This document shows, piece after piece, positions 1 to 10,193 of a DNA stretch of 64,000 nucleotides. Position numbers and translations under genes: made by a program. The notes under the pieces were generated by a model that worked only from the letters and a program-made list of their open reading frames with translations, did no database searches and had not been told where the DNA came from. Numbering within the stretch: the first letter of the stretch is position 1; every line of letters starts with the position of its first letter. This DNA is from Octopus sinensis (Eukaryota). The stretch covers positions 171,368,001 through 171,432,000 of the forward strand of contig NC_042998.1 in NCBI RefSeq assembly GCF_006345805.1. The letters run 5' to 3'.

Positions 1-80
1 CGTCAAACTAACACACCTGCTTGTTGTTCATACACCTGTCTTCGTCTTTTGTTTTTCTGTAAATTTCTACTATATATATA
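1..80 (+). repeat. 3' end of Penelope-like tail repeat (family B-like), cut by the window edge
   Basis: CACCTGTCTTCGTCTTTTGTTTTT followed by (TA)n matches the 3' ends of copies at 42981-43170, 48628-48820 and 53223-53410. Confidence 0.7.
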
Positions 81-350
81 TATCTACATTTAAAAAGAAA
101 ATATATATGTGTGTAGTTCAAATGTACAGAAAACAAATGACAAAGACAGGTGAGGGAACTATAAGCAGGTATATTAGTTTCATTATATAAATATATACAT
201 ATAGTTTGACGATATGTATATATTTATATATACAGTGTTTGTGTGTATGTATTTGTGTGTGTGTGTGTGTGTATGTGTGTGTGTGTGTGTTTGTATCTAA
301 TACCATTGTAGCTGAGATTGTATGAATATTATTAATAAGAATTTAATTTG

Positions 351-460
351 ATAGACATTAGGTAACATTTTATACAAGAGAAAATAAAATCGATGGAATC
401 AATATCAATTATGTCGCTGCTCCGTAGGTTATCGATCTTAGAATCGATGGCGAGATGGAC
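351..460 (+). mobile_element. Possible decayed Ty1/copia RNase H C-terminal remnant
   Basis: Translates IDIR*HFIQEKIK..GININYV, resembling copia HIDIRYHFIRE..I.L.YV; one stop and one frameshift; short match. Confidence 0.35.
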
Positions 461-872
461 CTTAGTCTGTTGCACCAAATTAATTTCAGAACAAGAAAGA
501 TTGTGAACTACATACTGTATGACATTTAACAATATGACCGAGGGAAAATACAACAGTGTACTAAATACAAATGTAGTCTTACATACATAACATAATGAGC
601 TTGAAAATTTATTGTAATCACTCTTGTAATTAACAGAAAATGTAACCCCACCTACTTGAAGGGTTTCAAACTCAAAAACAGTAAACAATGCGACTTTTTG
701 ATAGAAATATTTGGACAACATATATAATGTAAATTAGGGTGGAACTAGGTTTTAAATCCAAACGGTGAAAGCAGTGTTACTAGACCTACTCGGTGAAATA
801 CTTTCTACTCACATAGGAAGACTATATAAAGTAATTACATACTATACAGCGACTATATAGAGTAGTTACATG

Positions 873-1060
873 CTTAAGCCTTTCGCTCCATATGAAGCAT
901 AGGCCATCGCTATTTTTCTCCACTGTTCCAGATTCTGGGCAGTCTTTTCTGCTACTCACAAGTTGGATTCCTGCTTATTTCGTTCTGGCTATGTATCTCG
1001 TCATCAGCTATTTTTAGGGTATTCTGTTTTCCACTCCCCTTGTGGGTTCCAGATCATATG
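873..1060 (-). mobile_element. RTE-clade LINE 3' remnant
   Basis: Minus-strand IWNPQGEWKTEYPKNS..AEKTAQNLEQWR resembles the RTE C-terminus WNPQGKRKRGRPKNTW..AQDR..WR; in-frame stops. Confidence 0.65.
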
Positions 1061-1891
1061 TTTCCCTGAAGTAAAGACTTTCTCAACCAGATCTTGCAAA
1101 TTAAGTAGACTATTCTTCATTGAGAAGGCCTAATAAAACTAAAATCTGTCCGTTGTTTTCACCAGCTGGTTTTAAAGACGAGAGCTACTTCAATGTACAT
1201 TATCTGCATAGTCCAAGAAGTTTGATCAGCTTTATTTTGCTTGTTGTTTTTAGATTTTCAACATCACTTAAAGTAAGCTTCTGTTTGTTAATTGCTTGGA
1301 ACAATTCTACTTGATTTTTAACAAGCTGTACTGTACTTATAAGGCCCTATCATACTTAGTGAAACAGACTACGGGATTAAGACGAAGCATTGATGCACGC
1401 AATGCTGTGTAGTCAAGAAATTTGTTTCGCAGTCACGATCTCATTGCGCTCAAGTTGGAAAGTACTTTTTGACGGTGGAATTTGATAAATGGGAAATGTG
1501 GAGGTGGAGCATCTATATATATATACACATGTGTGTGTACGTGGATTGGGGCGTAAAATCTATCTATCTATCTATCTGCAACAGGTGTAATAGAAGGCGA
1601 ATAAATTGAAGAGCGGTAATTTCAGATAAAAGTGCTTTACGATATTTGTTTCTCCGGATTAGATAATTCCCTGTTTACTCTGGCTGTTAAGTATTTTAAA
1701 CCGATGATTCGAAATCTGTAACCAATGATGCTATTCTTCACTTCTGGTGGTACAACAACAACAAAAATTATACAAGTACTTGTATTTAAGTATTGTGAAA
1801 GATGACCCTGTGAGACCCTTGATAACAGGTTGTTGTCCGTTCTTACAGAATTAGCAATTAAAATTGAGAGCTCTGAGAAGTGAAATGTATC

Positions 1892-1940
<49 letters not shown>

Positions 1941-1957
1941 TAATAATAATAATAATG

Positions 1958-1990
<33 letters not shown>

Positions 1991-2041
1991 TATAGTAACA
2001 ATAGTAACAATGATAATAATAATAACAGTAATAATAATAAC
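1892..2041. repeat. (AAT)n microsatellite
   Basis: Direct reading of the sequence. Confidence 0.95.
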
Positions 2042-2172
2042 TACGCTATAAAACTATGAGCGGAGAGCTGAAATCACTCCTTTGGAAATAATTCAACTGC
2101 TTATTGATCTGAATGCAGCATTCGGATTTAAGTAAGTCATCTTTAACAACAAATCAAAAAGAAATGGAAACC

Positions 2173-2178
2173 ACTCAC
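2173..2178 (-). promoter_or_regulatory. 5' splice donor of the GPCR coding exon
   Basis: GTAG|GTGAGT consensus; protein similarity stops exactly here. Confidence 0.88.
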
Positions 2179-2509
2179 CTACAACCAGTATAAGAATATC
2201 AGAAACTGCCAAAGAGAAGAGGTAGAAATTGGTTGTTGAATGCATATGACGGTAGCGGATTATTACAATACATGTACAAAGGTTCCCGAATAATCCCAAC
2301 AGGAATATGATGGCATAGAGTGTGGTAAGACTCCAAGGTGAACTGATTTGTCGAGGTCCCATATTTATTTCGAGAAGTCTTTCTAGTGCTGAACTATTCC
2401 AAGTTCTCGTACTGTTCGGTGGTTCTGTTATGAAAGAGGTAACGTCTTCAATTGTCATGTTTTCTGACTGGAATTCGTAGTAGCTATCAATAATTACGTT
2501 TTGTACCAT
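2179..2509 (-). CDS. First coding exon of a class A (rhodopsin-like) neuropeptide GPCR, pyrokinin/CAPA/neuromedin-U receptor-like: N-terminus, TM1, most of TM2
   Basis: MGPRQ..TTLYAIIFLLGLFGNLCTCIVIIRYRHMHSTTNFYLFSLAVSDILILVVG matches PRXamide/NMU receptor TM1-TM2 (GN, TN.YLFSLAVSD). N-glycosylation sequons NMT, NST, NSS. ATG at 2509 in AAAATGG context. Phase-1 donor AG|GTGAGT after 2179, at the usual G|LP position. Confidence 0.9.
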
Positions 2510-2565
2510 TTTCTTCGAACTCTGTATCAAAGAGTAAAAGGTCTTGAATAGGTGGGTTTTTTTGT

Positions 2566-2600
2566 CTGCAAAGATAAAAGTAAAAAAAAAAAGATAAAAT
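2566..2600 (-). promoter_or_regulatory. 3' splice acceptor upstream of the GPCR start codon (exon begins at 2565)
   Basis: Long polypyrimidine tract ATTTTATCTTTTTTTTTTTACTTTTATCTTTGCAG| 57 nt before the ATG; implies an upstream 5'UTR exon. Confidence 0.7.
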
Positions 2601-2979
2601 GTACTCAAACAATACACATTTAATATATATGTAGAAAGAGAGAGAGAGAGGAGAGAAAGAGGAAGAAAAAAGAGCGTGATAGAAAGGGAGATAGATTGAT
2701 AGATAAACTTACTACGCGCTATTTAGCAGTGACAAGCCGTGGGATTTTCGGTGATAGATGATGGATTTCGAAAAAGATCTTCCTACAATATTATTATTAT
2801 TATTATTATTTAAAAATCTTGCTAAATCTGACAATAATTTTTAAAAGTTTAACATACCTACTAAAACATTATATTTTTCAGTGTTTTGTAATATTAAAGT
2901 TCTGGCTTATACTCACAGATTCATAAAGCCGATGTTTATCCCCGTCTCTATGCACACAGCGACTGAGAGTAACAAGATT

Positions 2980-3110
2980 TCCCCCAGCGAATGGGACACC
3001 AGCATGTTGCAAGAAGCCTCCAGTTGTAGCTGGTACTAATTTTCCACTGAATAGACTGGCGCAATGTTAAATGAAGTATCTTGCTCAAAGTCCAGTTAAT
3101 CAACTCATGA
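2980..3110 (-). mobile_element. Degenerate SINE fragment (central domain)
   Basis: ACTGGCGCAATGTTAAATGAAGTATCTTGCTCAA resembles 13538-13572 and 57858-57893. Confidence 0.5.
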
Positions 3111-3329
3111 CCTTCTGGCATTACATTTTATATTACAGCATATGATTTACAGATCGCTTACAATTTAACAAATTAGCAACTCATCATTGTTCATTTGAAC
3201 AAAGTAACATCATATGGTAAGTGCATGATATTAACTTTTTTCAATTCTATAATTTCAATTTCTTCTAACTTACTCACGATGATATCGATTATTAATTAAA
3301 AAATTAAGTTATCACATATAGGAAGTGGC

Positions 3330-4910
3330 AGACATTTTCAAGATTGATGGGCTGGTATCTTTGATAAAGCAATAAAAATGTTTGCATGTTTTTGAGAACC
3401 GACTGTGAATAGAACTCTGTAAAAAGGATTCTAAAAAATGATTTTGAGACTAACCACCAGCCATACACAAGAAAAAAGAAATCACAAGAAATACTTTAAA
3501 AAAACGCATAAGCGGAAACAGTCCTGAACTTACCCATTTAATAGCTGCAAGCTTTCGTATTGCTGATCATAGAAAATCAATAAGTAATGAGCTTTTTAAA
3601 GATGCTTTTGTTAAATGTGCATAATTTTACTTGATAACTTTCATTGTACAGCTTTTATAAAGCATGATAGTACGTTAGCAATAAGAAGAAATACTACTGA
3701 AGGTAAACCCATGAAAAGAAATGCTCATTTAAAATGTCGAATTATAGAACATTTAGATACTAACCACATTTTAATATTTTTATCGGTGAAATTATTGATA
3801 TTACGTCATCAACTTAATTAGCTATGTTCAATATTTTAGGAAATTTTCATTCATGAATGGTTGATTAAATTAGAGAATTTGCCTCAAAAGCTACGAATGA
3901 AAGTCTGGTATGATCATAGTGTTAATGTTTACGGAAAAGATAAATTTGTTAAAAGTATTTTGGATCATTACAGACGGTACCACTAATACAGTAGTCTGAG
4001 ATATTTATTTTGTGAAGCAATTTACAGAAGCTGCGATGATTCCTCCTATTCTCTCGATTGTATTATACATAGGAAGTGCCATGCGCAAAAGTAGGCTGTA
4101 AAGCTCTTGATGATGTTGATCAGGGTTTGGCATGAAAGTAAATTTAACTTACTTTTAAATGAAGATGAATCACTTTATAATAGTTTACTAAAGTACAATG
4201 TTTAAGTCGTGGTTCAATTGTTTGTGGAATTTTAAAGTAAAATCAGCCTACTTTTTGATATGAAAAGCATAGAACTTAATTTTCTGCAACTAAAGGATTT
4301 TGCTTGGCTCAGTAAATTTTTGTTTTTCACTGACTTTTCTTTACATCCTAATAAGCTTAATATTAAACTAAGATTTTGGGAAATCTATTGACGTGATGCT
4401 TGAATTGATCAAGTGTTTGAGAATGATCTCACTTTATTTCAACGTGATTTAGAAAAAGATCCAAATACTCCCTTAAAACTCAGAAGCCTTTTGAAACTTA
4501 CTGTAAGAATCTTGAATAACAAGCAAAACAGTTAATAGAAATTTTTTTTCTATATTTGTGCAATTCAAAAAGTTAAAGAAAAATTACAATTCATAAACTA
4601 ATCTTGAAATAGATTTCAGTGCTTCTAGAAATGTAGTTAGACGGATTTCAAGTTTAATCCTACTTGGAAGCAATTTAGAAGAAATTGAATGTGAACGTGA
4701 CAAATAATGGCGAATAAACATTCAGCCTACGATATTCTTAGAATGTAGAATTATATTCCCGAAAATTTTGATATCCTCAAAATTCTTGTAAAATGCTCCT
4801 GACCATTTCCCTATCAGCATATTCATGTGAAATATTGCTTTTGACACTAATATAAAAGCGAGCAAGTCGAGATTGAATTGCATTAAAGTGTACACCATAC
4901 TTCCCTCCCA
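3330..4910 (+). mobile_element. Highly decayed hAT (SPIN/Buster, GTF2IRD2-like) transposase
   Basis: Scattered in-order motifs: ELFKDAFVKCA, LLKYN..LSRG, LKDFAWLSKFCFFTDFSLHPNKLNIKL, IPENFDIL..YSCE..LKCTPYFP; many stops and frameshifts. Confidence 0.65.
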
Positions 4911-5604
4911 CAAACAGCTCTTATCAGACTACTAAATTTCTGTTTAGAGTATGTGAAATAATATCAACCGTTTTAATAATGATATGAACATTTACAAATA
5001 TACATTGCTCCATATCGCAGATGAAAATTATTTTTCATTAACTTAGATAATGTTATAAAAGTTAACTTTTATAATTTAATGTTATTATTCATTCTAGTTT
5101 ATTAAAAAATAATTATCTTTTGCTATCTCATTAAATACTATATCATTATTCTAAATACTAAGTCATTATTGAATCTGTTTGTATTATCGCACATAAATTT
5201 AGTGGTAGGTTAAGAACTATTTGTTCTATGATGATTTTATATTTGACCGTGAAACATTGTCTTGTTTTTGTTGAATTCTACTCAGTCTACTATTTATTAC
5301 ATATTTCACAAGTGATATAGGACCTGAGAACTGAAAGCAGTCAATGTTAAAGCATTCCTATATTGAGTGGGTGGTTTCTGATAGATCATTGACTTTAGCA
5401 AAGTCTAGAAATCTAACAACCCTCTCAAATTTGACTTTGAGTTTTATGGTATCAGGAACATACCTTTCATTTTCTTGACTCGTATTTTGAAATAATTTTC
5501 GTGAATGCGTTAGTCCTGTTTATTCAAAATTGCATGTAAACGCTTATTGTGAGAATATCATGGAGAACATGGAAACAAAGTACTTTGTTGTTACGTATTG
5601 AGTT

Positions 5605-6110
5605 CAGCATAGCTGGTGAGAGTGGCTGAGTGTACGACTGACGGCATGCCCGTGAGAGCCAATACAAGCAATAGTGGTCTCAGTACAGTTCCCCGAAGAA
5701 CTCCGCTGCGGATTGATGTCTCCTTAGGGAGAGTACTATTGGTTGCCACTGTCAAACTTCTGTTCTTTAAAATATCGTACAGCCACTCTCCCAGATTTCA
5801 AGTGATGCCAAGGTGACGTAGTTTGTGATATGTCATCCCATGATCATTTTTGTCAAAGGCTTTAGCAAAATCGAGATATACCACATCTACATTTGAGCGG
5901 TTGAGCTGCTGTTTCAACACCAGATCATAATGTTGTAGTAGCTATGTGAGGCAGCTCCACCCCCGTTGTGTGTTTGTGAGTAAGTTATTTTCTTCCAGGA
6001 ACGTGACCAGTCTCTTTCTGACAATGCGTTCCATAACCTTGCTAATATGTGAAGTTAGAGAGAGATAGGTCTGTAATATTTAGCATTTGTTCTGCTTCCT
6101 CCTTCATGGA
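5605..6110 (-). mobile_element. CR1-group (Crack/Daphne-like) LINE reverse transcriptase fragment
   Basis: YRPISL-TSHISKVMERIV..VDVVYLDFAKAFDK..SGVLRGTVLRPLL..SYA; stops present. Confidence 0.85.
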
Positions 6111-6271
6111 TATAAATATAGCTAAGTTATAATTAAAGTTTAGACTTAAATTAAAAATTTAAACCGCATTTTTGGTAGTATGCCGGCAAAGCACGTTCAC
6201 TACTTATGGCTACCTGACGTCATCCACGGTAATTGCACAATCGATACTGTAACTTCAGTATCAATATTTTC

Positions 6272-6328
<57 letters not shown>

Positions 6329-6598
6329 TATATTGATACATTTGTACATAGACGTTACTCTCTCCCCCTTACTCTCGCTCTCTCACTCTCTTTATATATA
6401 TACACCTTTGCATGTACATGTACATAAATATGTGTATATGCGTCTGTGAATGTGCGCGCGCATGCATTTTACATATTTTAGATCGATGAAATCAGCAGAG
6501 TATATTATCTTTTATTTGGAAAAGGAAATAAGGGCTTGTATTAGAAAGCGCAATAGTGGGAAAATGGGCTAAAGCGAAAAAAGAAGAAAAGAATGAAA

Positions 6599-6668
<70 letters not shown>

Positions 6669-6687
6669 GCACGCATACACACACATA

Positions 6688-6810
6688 CAGGATGCGATGG
6701 ATAAATTGTCGCCTTTTATATTTTCAATTTCGGTCATGCGCATTGTTTGTCGACTACACAGTATAGTAGGGTCAGCTGGACACCATAATTTAGACGACAT
6801 TATCGACTGG
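6688..6810 (+). mobile_element. Tiny deletion derivative of a maT-family DNA transposon
   Basis: 5' end (..GCGCATTGTTTG..GACTACACAGTATAGTAGGGTCAG) matches the reverse complement of 7580-7640, then joins the 3' end motif TAATTTAGACGAC. Confidence 0.55.
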
Positions 6811-6811
6811 G

Positions 6812-7685
6812 TGCAGTGAATAAGCCGTCGTCTAAATTACACAAAAATGAAAATAACACTGATATCTCATTTTAACAGTTATATTTACCAAAAATACATT
6901 AAAATATCTTGAAATACTAGAGAGTAAATTTATTCAATAAAATAGCCATTGGCGTCAACCACGGCTCTAAACGACTTCATAATCTCCCGCAACTCTTCTG
7001 GACGGTCTCCTTGTTCAAGTTGGTGAATGCTGCCATTATCTTTGCCTTCAGTTCATCTTTGGTGTTACAAGGAGTTTTGTTGGTTTTTCGCTCAACTGCG
7101 TCCCACACATAATAATCAAGGGGGTTGCAGTCTGGGGAGTTAGGTGGCCAGATGTCGGGGGTGATGTTGTCGCAGAAATTGCTTGACAGCCATGACAGGG
7201 TTCTCTTGCTTGTGTGGCATGGTGCAGAGACCTGTTGCTAGACATAGGGTCTTCCAGCAGCCACTCTCTTGACCCAGGGCAGCACTACCTCATTCAGGCA
7301 CCAAATGTAGACCTCCGTGTTGAGTCTGAGACCGTATGAGAAAATGAATGGAGGTATAACGTCGTCATCACTAGTGATCATTCCAAACACTATGATGTTG
7401 ACTGGATGTTTGATTTTTTTCACTCTCGGTACATGCACTGTCCTCAGATTGGCACCCAAACACTCTGAAGTGTTGATATTGGAGCTTCCGGCGCGAATGC
7501 CAAGCAGTACAGCATGTCGTTTCCAAATTTCTGGCAGAGTGAATTGCGTGATGGAGCTGTTTTTGTCACAGACGGTACCCAACTGACCTACTCTACTGTG
7601 TAGTCAACAAAATAAAAAAACAAACAATGCGCTTGCAGTATAAAGAATATAAAATAGTAACACTTTACCCTTCCCACCCCATATA
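6812..7685 (-). mobile_element. Internally deleted Tc1/mariner-superfamily element, maT (DD37D) type
   Basis: PYV*QQVSAPCH..WPPNSPDCNPLDYYVW: 37 residues between the second catalytic position (D mutated to V) and the NPLD aspartate; N-terminus fused to the catalytic region. Confidence 0.8.
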
Positions 7686-7699
7686 TATATATATATATA

Positions 7700-7917
7700 T
7701 ACTCAATATGTGACCTCGTGTGTATCATTGGTTTTTTTTCCCTCCGTTTTCCCTTCCTTGGATCTTTCCTTTTCTTATTTTTTTGACGAAGAGCTCCGCT
7801 CTAAACGTTAAATCCTCCTTCTTTCTTTCATTTCCTGAGCGTCCAATAACACTATACTTGTTCCATGTCCACACGTTGTTGTATTTTCTCTTTGTGTTTT
7901 CATGTTTGGATTAACTT

Positions 7918-7920
<3 letters not shown>
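7700..7920 (+). repeat. Penelope-like tail repeat related to family B, with a decayed hammerhead at 7778-7813
   Basis: UUGACGA-A-GAGC(UCC)GCUC-UAAAC-GUU-AAAU; shares the GAGC/GCUC stem and downstream CCTGAGCGT with family B; ends at (TA)n. Confidence 0.55.
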
Positions 7921-8004
<84 letters not shown>

Positions 8005-8204
8005 TATCGTTTACATAATATATATAGGCTATGTAATGTGAACGATAATATTTTGAGAACAAAAGTGTTTAATATTTAATTTCATATATATATTCTTATA
8101 TGTCTCTGTGTGTTCGCGCGCGCGTGTATTTGAGTATGAATCTGATAAACTAAATACTATTAATGATAAAAATTTGCAGTTTTATTTTGGTTAAACAACC
8201 AGCG

Positions 8205-8404
8205 TCTTTAGAGGAAAAGTTTTGAACAGTTCTATATTTAAGAGATGAGGAATTATGTACATTATTTACATTATTTACATTTGACGGATATTTGTCCTCA
8301 ACTTGTTTGTTGTTAACACAACGTTTCGGCTGATATACCCTCCAGCCTTCATCAGGTGTCTTGAGGAAATTTAGAACCTGGGTTCTCATTTTTCGATGTT
8401 GTTG

Positions 8405-8464
<60 letters not shown>

Positions 8465-8471
8465 TCACTGC
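8205..8471 (-). mobile_element. Family A element, 5'-truncated copy (left arm of the fold-back)
   Basis: Reverse complement of 8532-8715 with few differences. Confidence 0.85.
8315..8360 (-). ncRNA. Minimal type I hammerhead ribozyme motif (A1), core intact
   Basis: GACAC-CUGAUGA-A-GGCUG(GAGGGUAUAU)CAGCC-GAAAC-GUU-GUGUU; stem I 5 bp, stem II 5 bp, loopless palindromic stem III ACGU. Confidence 0.75.
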
Positions 8472-8538
8472 ATATAGAGTAGTGGTTAAGAGCACGGGCT
8501 ACTAACCCCAAGATTCCGAGTTCGATTCCAGGCAGTGA

Positions 8539-8580
<42 letters not shown>

Positions 8581-8730
8581 GAAAAACATCGAAAATATAC
8601 ATTAGGAATGAGAGCCCAGGTTCTAAATTTCCCCAAGACACATGATGAATGCTGGAGGGTATATCAGCCGAAACGTTGTGTTGACAACAAACAAGATGAG
8701 GACAAATATCCGTCATATATATTAATGTAA
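8472..8730 (+). mobile_element. Family A element: tRNA-derived head + (AAT)n + hammerhead-bearing tail
   Basis: A box TAGTGGTTAAG, anticodon-like arm GGG-CTACTAA-CCC, B box GTTCGATTCC, then (AAT)n and tail. Confidence 0.8.
8637..8682 (+). ncRNA. Mutated hammerhead copy (A2)
   Basis: Same as A1 but C3>A (8642) and first stem II G>U (8650). Confidence 0.55.
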
Positions 8731-8906
8731 AAACTTTTGAATGCTGTCCGCCTGCTTTATCGCCTCTAACTGTTACTAACTCTCACTCTGCTTGTTGTTT
8801 GTTGTTTTACTTTGCTTTGTTTGTTGTTTTACTTTGCTGAACCCTAGCGTGACCGACAGGTCACATTGCGCTTTATTATACGTAATATATGCTTTCTCAA
8901 AGCATA

Positions 8907-9085
8907 AGGCAGCGAGTTGGCAGAATCGTTAGTACGTCAGATAAATGTTTGGCCGCATTTCGTCCATCTTTACAATCAGAGTTCAAATCCCGCCGAGGTC
9001 GACTTTGTCTTGAATCATTCTGAGATCAATAAATTAAGTACCAGTGTACCCCAAATTGTCGGCCTTATGCCAAAATTTGAAACCA
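8907..9085 (+). mobile_element. tRNA-derived SINE, family S1 (OK-like), diverged copy
   Basis: AAGGCAGCGAGTTGGCAGAATCGTTAG..GAGTTCAAATCCCGCCGAGGTCGACTTTG homologous to other S1 copies. Confidence 0.8.
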
Positions 9086-10143
9086 ATATGCATCCTCAAA
9101 GCATTGAATAAAAGGCTAGATTTTCACTCCAGACATCGGCCTCAGGTTATGTGTTATGTAAAAGTCTTCTATGTAAAGCATAAAACAAATATAGCAGTTT
9201 TTCCATTAAATTGTTAGATAACATTAAACTTCAAGTAATGTGTTTTAATTCACACACCGATACGCGCGCGCGCACATTGATGTAAATGCACACTCTTCAT
9301 ATACATACACACGAGCACATATTGCTGTTGAAATACAGCTTTATATATTCCTCATATTAAAGTAACATTTAAAAGTTAATGTAGTATTCAATGCAGCCAT
9401 ACTTGTTGAATACTCGATACGCACACACACACACACACACACACATTCTCTCTCTCCCTCTTCCTCCCCCTCTCTCTCTTACACACACAACCTCTGCACA
9501 CGTATGCTTGTGTGCAATTTGGAGATTACGTTCATAAATAAGAGATACTTAATCCTATAACACACACAAAAATATACATCACACACGAGCGGAACCATCG
9601 AGAAAGATCGCATGAATGCAAAACAATTAACTTTTCAGTATTTGATTTGGAAAGAAGCAGCATTCAATCAATTAAAATTATTGTTTAAGAAAAAATATTA
9701 CACTATTATTATCCACGTGATCCGAATATAAAATAGAAGTAAACTGCTACCGATGAACTTTGAAAGGAAAAATCAATGGAATTTATTACAGATTTCACAA
9801 GTGATATAAAACCTGACAAGTGAAAGGAATCGCGATGGGAAAGCGGAAAATAAAAGAGCTGATTTTATGTAGAGTTTGTTATTCTGCGGCATTAACGGTA
9901 TGTGTTCATATATTTTAGAAGAAAGATCTTTTAAAGGGTAGATCTATTCCACTGAGCACAATCTAAACTGTGTTATAGGCTACAGGAATAAATACATTAA
10001 AAGCAAACTAATGAAGAATAAAGCGACGACACAAAAACAAACACACATACTGTACTACAAAATAAACAAAAAGTTTACTCATACACACTAACACACAACA
10101 CATATAGAAGTATGTATAAGTATACGTGTATGAATGTGTATAA

Positions 10144-10193
<50 letters not shown>

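Noticed and set aside
332-721. 129-aa minus-strand ORF
   Set aside because: No recognisable family; the opposite strand looks like a retroelement remnant
8461-8542. Apparent tRNA-Ser(ACT) gene with an 11-bp acceptor stem
   Set aside because: The acceptor pairing comes from the inverted duplication, the T-stem is mismatched, and it is followed by (AAT)n and a repeat tail; treated as a SINE head
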